From an uncultured Bifidobacteriaceae bacterium (GTDB lineage: Bacteria; Verrucomicrobiota; Verrucomicrobiia; Limisphaerales; UBA11358), in contig CAZHIM010000012.1 of assembly GCA_964532525.1 (NCBI GenBank), forward strand, positions 15,459-79,458: a stretch of DNA of 64,000 nt, in the 5' to 3' direction. Shown in pieces: positions 1-11,000 of this stretch. Both the position numbers and the translations under genes were made by a program. How positions within the stretch are numbered: position 1 is the stretch's first letter; each line of letters starts with the position of its first letter. A model generated the notes under the pieces. It was not told the DNA's origin. It did not search any database and was given only the letters and a program-made list of their open reading frames with translations.

Positions 1-1737
1 ACCAGCAACGCCGCCGTGCTGGCCGAGTTGATTCCGGCGGTGGATTATTGTGAAAGCACGCCCTGGGTGGAGGGCTATGCGTGGTTCATGTCGCGCATCA
101 CCGGGGACCCGTATAACAGTTTGCTCACCACCAATTCCGGCGTGTTGAGCGTCGCGGGGCAGGCGTATGTGCAAATGCCGGTGCACAGCACCAACCTCTA
201 CTATCGCATCCCCGGCCGGTTGCAGGCCGAGCGGTACGTGACGGCAACGCAAATGAACATCGTGCCGACCACGGATACCAATGGGCTGGCGGACATGACC
301 TCCACGGCCTCCGGCGCCAGCTTGAACTACCAGCTTCAGGTGGATACGCCCGGGAAATATCCGTTGAACTTTCGCATTACCGGTCCGCTCAGTCCCATCA
401 GCGTGTATGAAAATGGCGTTCTGTTGGCAACGGCCTCCCCGGTTTCGACTGGTTGGTCGGGCGTTTCCACCACGGTTTCCCTGCCGGCCGGAGAGCAAAC
501 TTTACGCGTCGTGCTTGGCGCCGCCTCCCAAGAGTTGAATTGGATCGATTTTCTGGCGACGAATGGCACGCCGTCGGTTCCAGACAACTTGACCGCCGCC
601 GGGACGAATGGCCAGGTGGCGTTAAACTGGTCTATTTCGTCGGGTGCGACCGGTTATGTGGTCAGGCAATCCACCATCAACGGCGGTCCGTACACCAACA
701 TCGCCAATGTCGCTTCGACGACTTACACCAACACCGGCTTGGTCAATGGCACAACCTACTATTATGTGGTATCGGCGACCAATGCGGCGGGCAGCAGCAG
801 CAACTCCCTCCCCATCGCGGCGGCGCTGGCGGCGCCCCTCGCCAACCTGGCTTTGAACCAGCCGGTGACCGTAAGTTCGGTGGAGAATTCGGGCTATCCG
901 GGAAGCAACGCCGTGGATGGCAACACGGCCACGCGCTGGTCTTCAGCATTCAGCGATCCACAATGGATCTACGTGGACCTCGGGGCGACGTACAATGTCT
1001 CGGAGGTGATCCTCGATTGGGAGAATGCGTACGGAAAAAGTTACCAGATACAGGTCTCCAATGATGCGACGAATTGGACCGCCATTTACAGCACGGTCAA
1101 CGGGGCCGGCGGCATCGAAGACTTGACCGGTCTTTCCGGCGTCGGCCGGTATGTGCGAATGTATGGAACCGTGAGGTCAGGCATTTATGGCTATTCCCTG
1201 TGGGAGTTCGAGGTGTTTGGCACCCCGGCAAACACACCGCCCGCCTTGGCGCCGGTGGCTCCCCAGACGATTCTGGCCGGCCGGACGCTGCTGGTGACCA
1301 ATTCCGCCAGCGACACAGATGTGCCCGCGCCAATGCTGACCTTCAGCCTGCCGCAGTCCCCGGCTGGCGCGACCATTGGCCCGGGCAGCGGCATCGTTGC
1401 GTGGCGGCCAACCATCGCGCAATCGCCCTCGACACAGACCGTGGCCGTGGTGGTGACGGACAACGGCACGCCACCGTTGTCGGCAACCCAGACCTTCAAC
1501 GTGGCGGTCATTCGCCCGACCAATCCGGTGGTCGGCAATGCCACGGTAACCAACGGCCTCCTTGGATTCTGGATCAATGGCAACTCGGGACCGGACTATA
1601 CAGTTCTGGTGTCGTCGAATCTCACCTCTTGGGCGCCGATCGCCACCAACACGCCGGCTTCGCTGCCATACTTCTGGTCGGTTACCAATTCAACATTCGG
1701 GCCGGCAAACTTCTATCGGATTCTGTTGGGGCCGTAG
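1..1737 (+). CDS. Secreted multidomain glycoside hydrolase, 5' partial: GH128-like catalytic C-terminus, CBM6-like, FN3, F5/8 (CBM32), cadherin-like repeat, C-terminal SxNLxxW...FYR domain
   Basis: ORF open from the window edge. PWVEGYAWF resembles the GH128 VERYAWF motif; FN3 (YYYVVSATN); discoidin (NAVDGNTATRWSS...WIYVDLG). Confidence 0.7.
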   Translation, partial: TSNAAVLAELIPAVDYCESTPWVEGYAWFMSRITGDPYNSLLTTNSGVLSVAGQAYVQMPVHSTNLYYRIPGRLQAERYVTATQMNIVPTTDTNGLADMTSTASGASLNYQLQVDTPGKYPLNFRITGPLSPISVYENGVLLATASPVSTGWSGVSTTVSLPAGEQTLRVVLGAASQELNWIDFLATNGTPSVPDNLTAAGTNGQVALNWSISSGATGYVVRQSTINGGPYTNIANVASTTYTNTGLVNGTTYYYVVSATNAAGSSSNSLPIAAALAAPLANLALNQPVTVSSVENSGYPGSNAVDGNTATRWSSAFSDPQWIYVDLGATYNVSEVILDWENAYGKSYQIQVSNDATNWTAIYSTVNGAGGIEDLTGLSGVGRYVRMYGTVRSGIYGYSLWEFEVFGTPANTPPALAPVAPQTILAGRTLLVTNSASDTDVPAPMLTFSLPQSPAGATIGPGSGIVAWRPTIAQSPSTQTVAVVVTDNGTPPLSATQTFNVAVIRPTNPVVGNATVTNGLLGFWINGNSGPDYTVLVSSNLTSWAPIATNTPASLPYFWSVTNSTFGPANFYRILLGP

Positions 1738-1815
1738 CGGTGGCATGGATCAGGCCGTAGTCTGGTTCGTTTTCTTGGTATATTGGGCCGGCAGTCCGAT
1801 TTATCCCGCGCAGAT

Positions 1816-1842
1816 GGCGGCGCTCACCAGAGCCGCCGCTAC
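1816..1842 (-). repeat. Short GTAG-type REP-like hairpin, family B copy 1
   Basis: Minus strand GTAGCGGCGGCTCTGGTGAGCGCCGCC; same frame (GTAGCGGC..CTGG..GCCGCC) as 7950-7975 and 11547-11572. Confidence 0.6.
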
Positions 1843-2132
1843 GGATTGGCGTTTCATGCCTGATATCCGGTGCCCTTCCAGGGCCAGGCGAATGTGCCGC
1901 GCGGCCAGGCGGATGCCGGCGCAGAATTTTGTCTCACACTCGAAGGCGCGGAGGCGGCGCAACCGCCGGGAGTGCGGGCGCTGGCCGGGAGCTGGAAGGA
2001 GTTCCTGGAACAGCTCCCGGGCCAATACCTGGACCAGATGTTTCACTACTCCCAGGGTGGCGCGGGCCGGCCGCCAAATGCGTCTGGACAACCGCACCCC
2101 AAAAGTCGGAAGATGAATTCAACGGAATGATC

Positions 2133-3554
2133 ATGAAAAAATTATTCTTCTTTATTCTCCTGGCCTGCCTGGCCGGGCTGCCGGCGGGACTCCAGGCGGC
2201 GGAACAGAAAGAAACCAAAGCCCAGCACGACGCCCGCATGGCGTGGTGGCGTGAGGCGAAATTCGGCATGTTCATCCACTGGGGCGTTTACTCGGTGCCG
2301 GCCGGAATTTACCAAGGGCAGCCCATTCCCGGCGCGGGCGAGTGGATCATGCATGACCTGAAGATCCCCATGGCGGAGTACCAGCGCTACGCGCGGGATT
2401 TCAACCCGACCGAATTCAACGCCGACGCCTGGGTGGCCACGGCGAAAGCGGCGGGCATGAAATACATCATCATCACGGCGAAGCACCACGACGGGTTTGC
2501 GATGTACGACACGCACGCGAGCCGTTGGGGCATCATGCAGGCGACGCCGTTCGGGCGCGATCCGCTGAAGGAGCTGGCCGACGCGTGCCAGCAGCAGGGC
2601 CTCAAGCTGGGCTTTTACTATTCGCAGGCGCAGGACTGGAACAACGGCGGCGCCGCGATGGGCGGCAAGTGGGACCCGTTGCAAAACCGCAGCATGGACA
2701 AATACATTGACCGCTTGGCTGTGCCGCAAATCAAGGAGCTGGTGTCCAATTACGGCGCGGCGCCGGCGGTGCTGTGGTGGGACACGCCCGTGGACATGAC
2801 CCCCAAACGCGCGCAGAAACTTTATGACGCCGTGACAGCAGCGCGCACCAACATCATCATGAACAACCGGCTGGGCGGCGGGTTCGCGGGTGACACGGAA
2901 ACGCCCGAGCAATTCATTCCGCCGCGCGGTTATCCGGGCCGCGACTGGGAAACGTGCATGACCATGAACGACACGTGGGGCTTCAAGACCAATGACAACA
3001 ACTGGAAATCCACGGAGACGCTCATCCGCAATTTGTGCGACATCGCGAGCAAGGGCGGGAATTTCCTGCTCAACGTGGGCCCGACCAGCGAGGGCTTGAT
3101 GCCGCAGCCGAGCCTGGATCGGCTGGCCGAGATCGGCGCCTGGATGAAGGTGAATCACGAGGCGATTTACGGAACGCAACCGACGGTGTTTGGCGCGGAA
3201 GCGGGCGCGTTCAGCGACACGGAGAAGGACGGGGACGGCAACCCCAAATTCATTCCCGCCTGGAACTGGCGCAGCACGACGAAGCCGGGCGAATGGATCT
3301 TCGGCCTGCGCGTCCGGCCCACGAAAATCTACCTCGAAATCTTCGAATGGCCGGCCGACGGAAAGTTTGAACTGGCCGGCCTGAAAAGCCCGGTGACGAA
3401 AGCGTATCTGCTGGCCGACCATCAGAAGTTGCCGGTGACGCAAGTCGGCTCTAAGGTCACGCTCAAACTGCCCGAGACGGCGCCGGACAAAATTGCCTCG
3501 GTGGTTTGCTTGGAGATCAAGGACCAGACGCCAAAGGTGACCGCGCAGCCTTAG
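2133..3554 (+). CDS. Alpha-L-fucosidase, GH29
   Basis: Signal peptide MKKLFFFILLACLA; WWREAKFGMFIHWG, ITAKHHDGF, LWWD, WETCMTMNDTWGF, GGNFLLNVGP. Start could be 2127. Confidence 0.92.
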   Translation: MKKLFFFILLACLAGLPAGLQAAEQKETKAQHDARMAWWREAKFGMFIHWGVYSVPAGIYQGQPIPGAGEWIMHDLKIPMAEYQRYARDFNPTEFNADAWVATAKAAGMKYIIITAKHHDGFAMYDTHASRWGIMQATPFGRDPLKELADACQQQGLKLGFYYSQAQDWNNGGAAMGGKWDPLQNRSMDKYIDRLAVPQIKELVSNYGAAPAVLWWDTPVDMTPKRAQKLYDAVTAARTNIIMNNRLGGGFAGDTETPEQFIPPRGYPGRDWETCMTMNDTWGFKTNDNNWKSTETLIRNLCDIASKGGNFLLNVGPTSEGLMPQPSLDRLAEIGAWMKVNHEAIYGTQPTVFGAEAGAFSDTEKDGDGNPKFIPAWNWRSTTKPGEWIFGLRVRPTKIYLEIFEWPADGKFELAGLKSPVTKAYLLADHQKLPVTQVGSKVTLKLPETAPDKIASVVCLEIKDQTPKVTAQP

Positions 3555-3556
3555 GG

Positions 3557-4921
3557 TCATCGGCGCGCACACGGCGCGAGCACGGCGTCGGACATGCCGT
3601 GGACGATCTTCTTGTCGGCCGGGACGATGGTGGCGAGCACGCCGCCGAGTTGCGGGCGCGCGGCGTCCCCTTCGCCGGCCACAAAATAATACGGGCACAA
3701 ACGCACGCGGCCCTTGGCGGGGACGACTTCATTTTTGTCGAAGGCAAACCAGGTGGCATCCACCTGGGAAGGCTTGTGGAAGCGCTGCAAGACACTGGGC
3801 GAGGTCGCGAAATTCTTCAGGGCCGCCTCCACCGCCGCACCCCAGTCGGCCTGCGAGAGGTCGCTGCCCAGGAACACGCCGCGCGCGCCCCAGGCGTTTT
3901 CCGAGAAGCCGGAGACTTTCAGAATGAGGTCGCGCTCGCGCTGGGACAGGGTTTTCAACTGCCGCCAATCCGTGAGGTTGAGCTGGGGAATGGCCGCGTG
4001 GGGCGGCAGCGGCGCCGGGTCCACGAGCCAGGTGTAGGGCACGACGCGCTGGAGGCGGGCGAGAAAACTTTCGCCCAACTCCTGCCGCCAAAAGCCTTGC
4101 AGGTTGCGGTTCCAGAGCAGCGCGAACAGCATTTTTTCCTCGAACACGGGCTTGGGCGGCGGCGTGAGGCGGATCTGCCGGGCGGCGGCGAGTTCAAAGA
4201 TCCGCCGGGCGCCGGGGACATTCGGCAAATCGAACAGCTCGAAGAAGCGGTAAACGGCGCTGCCGGCGGCGAAATCGGTGAAGCCCGCATCGTGAACGGT
4301 GAAGCGGGAACCGAGCTGAGCGGCGATCCAGTCCATTTCCGGGCGGTAGGTTTTGGCTTCTTCGGAAACGACAATGTGCACGTGGTTCGCGTCGCCGAAA
4401 ATGGCTTCAAAACCACGCAGCATGCCGTCGGCGCCGCCGAGCACAGCCGATTGGGCGGGGCTGCCGGGGTCGGCGGGGAGCCGGGAATAGATCTGGTTCA
4501 ACCAGGCGGTCAGGCCGATGCCGCCGGGGACGGAGTCCAACTCGGTGATGCTGAAACCGTCTTCGGTGAGGAGGATGTCGGGCCGGATCACGCGCGGGAC
4601 GTCGTTCTTGAACGCGGCGCAGCGCTGCAGTTCGATCAGCTCGCGCGGCTTGCCGAGGTCGAGCCAGCGGGCGACCCAATCCGGCTGTTTGCCCTCCACG
4701 CTGCGGCGGTAGAGCAGGTTCACGGCGCGGTAGAACTGGAGCAGCACACGGCCGAGGGATTCGATATCGCGGGCCACGGCGGCGTCGAGGGCAAACGGCG
4801 CCGGCGCAATGCGCCATTCCAGCCCGGCAAAGAGGCCGCCGGCCGGGATGGAGTTGCGAATGAAATGGGCGGCCTTTTCGCCCGCGGCCGGGGCGGGACC
4901 ACCTACGCTGTTTGAATTCAC
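3557..4921 (-). CDS. ATP-grasp-like protein (glutathionylspermidine synthase / circularly permuted ATP-grasp-like)
   Basis: RPDILLTEDGFSITELDSVPGG resembles the RxD...ExN metal/ATP motif; LILKVSGFSENAWGARGV; VLQRF; RVRLCPY. Confidence 0.6.
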   Translation of the reverse strand: MNSNSVGGPAPAAGEKAAHFIRNSIPAGGLFAGLEWRIAPAPFALDAAVARDIESLGRVLLQFYRAVNLLYRRSVEGKQPDWVARWLDLGKPRELIELQRCAAFKNDVPRVIRPDILLTEDGFSITELDSVPGGIGLTAWLNQIYSRLPADPGSPAQSAVLGGADGMLRGFEAIFGDANHVHIVVSEEAKTYRPEMDWIAAQLGSRFTVHDAGFTDFAAGSAVYRFFELFDLPNVPGARRIFELAAARQIRLTPPPKPVFEEKMLFALLWNRNLQGFWRQELGESFLARLQRVVPYTWLVDPAPLPPHAAIPQLNLTDWRQLKTLSQRERDLILKVSGFSENAWGARGVFLGSDLSQADWGAAVEAALKNFATSPSVLQRFHKPSQVDATWFAFDKNEVVPAKGRVRLCPYYFVAGEGDAARPQLGGVLATIVPADKKIVHGMSDAVLAPCARR

Positions 4922-5015
4922 GCGGAGAGAATAACCTAGAATGGATTTTCAGCAACGGGCGGTGTTGGGCCACCGGTGCAGTCCAAGCTGAAACGATTCA
5001 GTTGAAAAATGACTT

Positions 5016-5154
5016 AACCACAGATGAACACAGCGCAGCAAAGCCGCAACCACAGAGGATGGAAGATGGTGGATGGAGGATGGAAAAAAAGCGTTTTGCG
5101 CTCGCACAAGAATCTTTGCCGAGATTGCGTGAACTTTCATTATTGTAGTACAGA
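5016..5154 (+). repeat. ~140-bp dispersed repeat, copy 1 (AACCACAGATG...GGATGGA heptamers...ATCTTTGCCGAGATT)
   Basis: Aligns by eye with the reverse complement of 60613-60755. Confidence 0.85.
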
Positions 5155-5214
5155 TAAAAACTGAGGATGGGGCATTTCGGCCATTCGACAGACCTTGTTT
5201 TGCCGAGTTCCCTT

Positions 5215-5260
5215 CCCCCTCATCCGCCCTTCGGGCACCTTCTCCCTTGGGGAGAAGGGG
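5215..5260 (+). repeat. Palindromic CCCTCATCCGCCCTTCGGGCACCTTCTCCC...GGAGAAGG repeat
   Basis: Hairpin-forming; related to CCCTCACC...CTCTCCC..GGGAGAGG copies at 16543 and 20428. Confidence 0.7.
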
Positions 5261-5353
5261 CGAGGCGGCGTTCCGTGAAAGTTCCGTGCGTCTCGGTCTG
5301 CTCCAGCCGGGTTTGTGATCACACCGTGGTTTAAATGAATCTTCGGGAGCGGT

Positions 5354-7687
5354 TCACGGCGGGTTCAACAGGCCGCGGTAAAACAGGGCGGCGGGGTTGG
5401 CCGTGGGCAGCAGAACGCTGAAGGAATTGGTCGTGAAAGCATTCGTGCTGACGGTGGACCAGGTGACGAGGTTGGTGGACGATTGCAGGAGATAGCGCTG
5501 GCCGCCCTGGCCGTCCATCCACAGCAGCAACTGCCCGGCCGGGGCGTTCGTGCCGAGGCGCAGGCGGAGGTTTCTGGCGGTGGGCAGGACAAACAAGGTG
5601 ATGCTTTGCGCCGGCAACAGATTGGTGAGCACGCCGCCGGCGTAGGGCACCGCGGGCAGTTGCGTGATGACGTTGCTGGCAGTGAGCTGCCAGGCCTGGG
5701 CCGTGCCGCTGTCGGCGAAATTGGTGACGTTCAGCGACAGCGGCGTGGCCCCGCTGAGCACCTTGTTGATCACCATGACGGTGAGCGAACTGTCGTTGGT
5801 GCGGATGGCGGCAAACACCGAGAGATTATCCGGATCCGGCACGGTGGCGGAAACACTGATGTCGCCGAAGGCGGATTTCCGGCCATCGTAGTTGCGGTAC
5901 ATCTGCATGGACAGGAATGTGGGCGTGTTGTCAGCGGGCACCTCCCAGCGCGTGGCCAAGTCGAGCCCCTGGCGGCCAAAGATGCCGAGGAGGTCCGCCT
6001 CGGCGGTGGCGCCGTTGATGTAGGCGTCGGCGCCCCAATTGTACTCGGTGATGCCGATCTTGGTGCCGGGATAGTTATTGGTCACCCAGGCCTGCATGCG
6101 CGGGATGAGCATGAGAATGTTGTTGGTGGGCTGTTCGCCGATCCAGCTTTGATCCACGTAATTCGTGTCCCAGAGCTGGCGGGTGGATTCGTTGCGCAGG
6201 AGCTCGGTGGCCGGGGAAACATCGGTGCCGCCGTTGGCGTCCTCGGCGCCCTGCGGGTAGCAGTGGAGCGTAAAGTAATCGAGCAGGCGCCGGCCCGCGT
6301 TGGTGTCGTGCTGGTGCAACTGGTTCAGCAGCCACGGCATATAATCCCAGCCGCCGTTGGCAGCCCGGTCATGAAGACCGGAGTTTTGCTGGTCGAAGCC
6401 GCTGTAAAAATAGCCGCTCCAGCCCCATTCCTCCGGCCCACAGACGAGGGCGTTGGGATCGTTGGACTTCACCATGCTGGCGTAGTCCAGGATGCGGCCG
6501 AGGATCTCCTGCATGGTGGGGCCCACGGGGTGAACGTCCTGGTGGGTGGCGAACCAGATGCTGTGTTCGTTGTCCATGATGTAGTAGCGCACGCCGCCGT
6601 TGGTGGAATTGCCCCAGCCGCTGATCAGGTGCTGCACGTAGCCGCTTTGGAAGACGGAATTGGTGGGGAAATTGGCGTCGTTGGGATCGTTCGTGGTGAT
6701 GAGCCAGGTGGTGTGCGCGGTGGCGTTGGTGCCGATGCCGTCGCCGGCGTCGGGCATCCACTCCCAATCGTTGCCGAGCTGGGGGCCGTATTTGGCGATG
6801 GAATAGCTGGCCAGCTTGCCGCGCTGCGGGCCCAGCTTGGGCGACCAGCCGATCATGGGAATGGTGATCAGCGGTTGCGCGCCGCCATGGAGGCTGTTGG
6901 CCACAAAGGTGTCGGCTGTGGCGCCGGGCGTGGCGTCGCCGTCGTCAATGCTCTCGAAATACCAATCGGCGGCGTGGTTATGGGCGTTGAGCTGCCAATT
7001 GTAGGAGGTCTCGGCATTGCCGCCGGAGCGGTTCAGGGTGAAATTCAGCGTGGCCAGATCGTTGGAGGCGGCGAACGCGACGCCGTAAATCAACGGGCTG
7101 ATCGGGTGGCGGCCGGCCAGCGCATCCACTTGCACGGCCACGGGGGCGTTGTTGGTGACCGGCAGGGGCGGACCGGATTGCAGGGCCATGTCGTCCACGT
7201 AAAAGGGCGGTTGCGTGGTGCCGGAGCGGTCCTCGATCCAGAGGCCGTCCATTTGGCTTTGTCCGGCGGGCACCAAGGTGGACATGGGGGCATTGACGAG
7301 TTGCCAAGAGGTGCCCAAGGGACCGATGGAGATGCCAGCATTAAAGGCAGCGCCATTCAGCGAAGCCTGCACCCGGAGCAACTGGCCGCCGGAGGCGCCG
7401 CCGTTGATCCAGAAGCTGAAATTGGTATAGGAGGACGGCGAAAATGCGGTGTTATGGACGTAAAGCGCGCCCCAAGCGGTGACTTGGACGCTGATGGAAT
7501 CCGAACCGCTGTGGACGGGGGACGTATTGGCCAAATTGATCGTGTCGGACCAACTCCAGTTGGCCCAGCCGTTCTGGAGGGAATCGGTGTAAATGGCCTG
7601 GTCCGCGCGCGCCGCGAGTAGGCCCGCAGCGAGTGCCAGCAGGCAAAAACGAGGCCACGGCGGGCGATAGGACCAGTGAGACGACAT
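5354..7687 (-). CDS. Secreted GH44 endoglucanase/xyloglucanase with N-terminal CBM-like domain and C-terminal SxNLxxW...FYR domain
   Basis: NRSGGNAETSYNW, YYIMDNEHSIW, TLHCYPQ, IGITEYNWG are GH44 motifs; signal peptide after the M at 7687. Confidence 0.85.
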   Translation of the reverse strand: MSSHWSYRPPWPRFCLLALAAGLLAARADQAIYTDSLQNGWANWSWSDTINLANTSPVHSGSDSISVQVTAWGALYVHNTAFSPSSYTNFSFWINGGASGGQLLRVQASLNGAAFNAGISIGPLGTSWQLVNAPMSTLVPAGQSQMDGLWIEDRSGTTQPPFYVDDMALQSGPPLPVTNNAPVAVQVDALAGRHPISPLIYGVAFAASNDLATLNFTLNRSGGNAETSYNWQLNAHNHAADWYFESIDDGDATPGATADTFVANSLHGGAQPLITIPMIGWSPKLGPQRGKLASYSIAKYGPQLGNDWEWMPDAGDGIGTNATAHTTWLITTNDPNDANFPTNSVFQSGYVQHLISGWGNSTNGGVRYYIMDNEHSIWFATHQDVHPVGPTMQEILGRILDYASMVKSNDPNALVCGPEEWGWSGYFYSGFDQQNSGLHDRAANGGWDYMPWLLNQLHQHDTNAGRRLLDYFTLHCYPQGAEDANGGTDVSPATELLRNESTRQLWDTNYVDQSWIGEQPTNNILMLIPRMQAWVTNNYPGTKIGITEYNWGADAYINGATAEADLLGIFGRQGLDLATRWEVPADNTPTFLSMQMYRNYDGRKSAFGDISVSATVPDPDNLSVFAAIRTNDSSLTVMVINKVLSGATPLSLNVTNFADSGTAQAWQLTASNVITQLPAVPYAGGVLTNLLPAQSITLFVLPTARNLRLRLGTNAPAGQLLLWMDGQGGQRYLLQSSTNLVTWSTVSTNAFTTNSFSVLLPTANPAALFYRGLLNPP

Positions 7688-7949
7688 AAGCGAGTTGATG
7701 ATAATTAGATGTATCATACTCCATGGCGGGCGGCAGTACAGCAACGGGGGCTGTCGTCAATTTTAGGGACGGATTCAAGTGCGGAGGGGAAGAAAAAAAT
7801 TTAATAGGAAAAAAGGGCGGGGAAAAAAGTTTTGACGCGAATTTCCAGCATGCTTGGCGATCCGCATGTGAGGACCGTGCGCCGGTGCTCATTCGCGAAT
7901 ACGTGGGGGTGGCGCAAACCAATCCCGGCTGCCACGCCATTTTTTAGAT

Positions 7950-7975
7950 GGCGGCAAACACCAGTTTGCCGCTAC
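7950..7975 (-). repeat. GTAG-type REP-like hairpin, family B copy 2
   Basis: Minus strand GTAGCGGCAAACTGGTGTTTGCCGCC, perfect 9-bp stem. Confidence 0.65.
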
Positions 7976-8048
7976 GGGGCGGTCGGTTGGAGGCTGGACG
8001 AACTTCCGGGCCGCATGCCGGGTTGTTAACCGCGAAAACGCAAAACTG

Positions 8049-11000
8049 TCATTTTTCCCGGACCGGCCCCTCTACCCACCCTTCCAAGGGCAATTCCAAG
8101 GTGAACGTGGCACCCTGGCCCGGTCCGGCACTGTGGACCGAGAGGTTGCCGCGCAATTCCCGGGCGGCCAGAACGCTGCTGTGCAGCCCGAAGCCATGCC
8201 CATGTTGCCGGGTGGTGAATCCGTAGTTAAATATCCGCGTCAGGTTCTCCGGCAAGATGCCCACGCCATTGTCCACCACCATGATCTTGATCCGGCCGGC
8301 CTCGGCACGCACGCGCACGACGACCTGCTGGTCGGGCCGCCGGCTTTCTTGGCAGGCATATTTGGCGTTGCCCAGCAGATTGATCAGGATTTGAAGCACC
8401 TTGTGTTTGTCGGTGGTGATGTTCGGCAGGCCGTCTTGGTAGTCCCTCACCCATTTCAACCGGGGGTCGAAGGCTCCGGCATGCAGGCGCAACGCATCCT
8501 CCACCATCTGCGAAACAACCAGGGACTCCATGACGCCGCCCCGGTTCTTGGCATGCTGCTGCTGCATCGCCACGATCTCCTTGATGTGCTCAATGTTGCC
8601 GGTGAGCGATTGAATTTCCTTCAATATTTCGTTGCGCTCATCGGACAAGTATTCCGCCAACTGCCCGAGGTAGTTCACCAGCAGGCTGCCCTTGGGATCG
8701 TGCGTCAAAAACTCCCCAAGGTCGCCGGTATGCCGGCGCAACGTGTCCGCCACGCGGGCGACCTGCGGCGTGCGGGATCGGTGGATGCGGTCCAAAAGCA
8801 GGTTGCTCGAAACGTTCGCGCTGTTGAGCACGTTGCCGACGTTGTGGAGCACGCTGATGGCCACCTCCGCCATGCCCGCCTGGCGCGAAGCCGTCAGCAG
8901 TTCTTGGTGCGTCAATTCGGCTTGCGCCTCTATCCGCTTGCGTTCCTCGATTTCTTCGCGCAACTGGCGCGTTTGGATTTGCACCTGTTTGCGCAACAAA
9001 CTGACCCAGGTCAGCGCCAGCGCCAGCACCACGCCGAAGGTCCCCAACACCCAGAAGACGTGGCCGGCCGTCCACCATGAAGGACGGGAAATCACCCGGA
9101 CGTCCTGGGGCGACCGCAGCAACACCTGGAAGGACTGCAGCCGGCGATCGTCATCCAGCTTGGGCACATAGACGCCAGTCAGATTGACGATGCTGCCGGG
9201 AAGAATCGTCGCCAGCCGGTCGCTGGGCTGGACCTTGTCGAGAACCGCATCCGTGATCCACGGTCCAATCTGGACCGAAAGCCATTCCTGGGCGGGGCTG
9301 TTGAAATGGCCCAACACCAGCCCCTCCAAGCGTACCAGCCTGCCGTTCAATTCCTCCTTGCCCGCCGTGTCGGGTGTCAGCCGGAATGGTATCAGTTGGG
9401 CCACATGACCGGTCGGCTTGAGCACCGCTTCTTGGAGCACCGGCAGCTTGTTGAGCACCGAGGGGAATCCAACCAGCTCAATTTCATCCCCGATTCTGAC
9501 CGGCGGAGCACCTGCCTGCGGCTGGAACAGCACCCCGCCGGTGCCATCCTGCAGATAGAACGCCCCCCCCTCCTGGCATGACGACACCACCCCGTGGACG
9601 TGCGAGCGATGCACGCCACCCCCCGCCGCCTGGAACCGGAGGAGATCACCCAGCGGCCGCAAGTGGAGCGCGAACGCATCTTGCGGCGCGGCATCCAGGA
9701 CCCGCACCTGTTTCCAGCCGGGCACATAGAACCAGATGCCTTTTAAACGGCGCTGGTCATCGAAACTCGTCGCGCACACGCCTTGGATTTCCACCAAGGC
9801 GTCCTCGTAGTTCGCCGGGGCCGGGTGGTTGACCGCATCGGACACAGTTACGCTGACCAGGGAGTCCCCGGCGGAAAGGCTCAGCACGGTATCGCCGCCC
9901 ACCAGCGTCTGATTGCGAATGACGCCGTTGACGGTTACCCACTGGCTGTCCTGGCTGCCGGTCATCAACGCTTGAATGGCCAAGGGATTCGGCGGCGGAA
10001 AATCGCCCTCGCCCAGGGCACTCACTTGTTCCGCCTCGATCACCGGCGCAAATTCTCCCGGCCCGCTGAAGCCGCGAATCTCCACCCGTTGGCGGGCATC
10101 GGGCAGGGAATCGAATTTCTTTCGCTTGAGATCAATATAGATTCCCCCGGAGTTGTCCTGCAAAAACTGCACCTTTTGTCCCGGATCGCGGTAGGTCAAC
10201 ACACCCGTGATGCGCACGGGGTGCCCCCGCATCGCCTCGGCCAGCGACAGATTACGCACCTGAACCACCTGGGTTAATTCATCGAGATTCGTGTTGGCCG
10301 CGGTGGGAATGACCACCTTGGTTGACGCCGGGGCGGCGCCCGGGTCCGAGTCCGTGGTCAGGATCACCGAATGGTCCAGCACCAGCGCGCCCTCCTGGGA
10401 TTCCGGCAGCCCCACAATCTCCACCAGGCTGCCGGCGCTGTACGGGACGGAAGCGTCGAAATTGGCCCGCACCCTCCCGGAGCTGTCGCGCACCAGCAAA
10501 TAATTCCCCGGCTTTTCCCTGATGACGGTCCCCCGAACGCGGCTGGGCAGGCCCACGGACCGGACCCCGGCCGGCACGAATAGCGAAGCAATTGGCGTGA
10601 TCGGAATCGGCCGCACTTTCCGGACCCAGGCAAAGCCCGGCACCCAAATGACGTTGGTTCCGGTTGGTTGGTTATTCGAATCCAGATCCAGACCAAATAC
10701 GCCGGTCACGTCCACCAGGAAACCCCGCAGCGCTTCCGCCTGCGCCAAGTCTCCGTCCACAACCGCCACCCTTAACATCCGGCCGCCACCCGCGCAAAGT
10801 CTCAACTCAGTCCGGTTGTCTAGTTGACCCACAACCGCGGAAATGAAACCGGTGGTCTTGACCCACCGCGCATCGCTGGCGCTGCGAAATGATGCCTCGC
10901 TGTCCAAGGACACCGGCAACGGCATTGCGATCTCATCCGTGACTTTCAGGTTCGATTCACGGACGTTGCACTGCGTTATGCCCGGCGAAGTAACCCCATC

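Noticed and set aside
1850-2126. 86-aa ORF or gene remnant upstream of the fucosidase
   Set aside because: No recognisable motif; overlaps the fucosidase start region.
16-7687. N-glycosylation sequon enrichment in secreted proteins
   Set aside because: A hand count for the first ORF (about 10 sequons among about 45 Asn) is near what its Ser/Thr content predicts.
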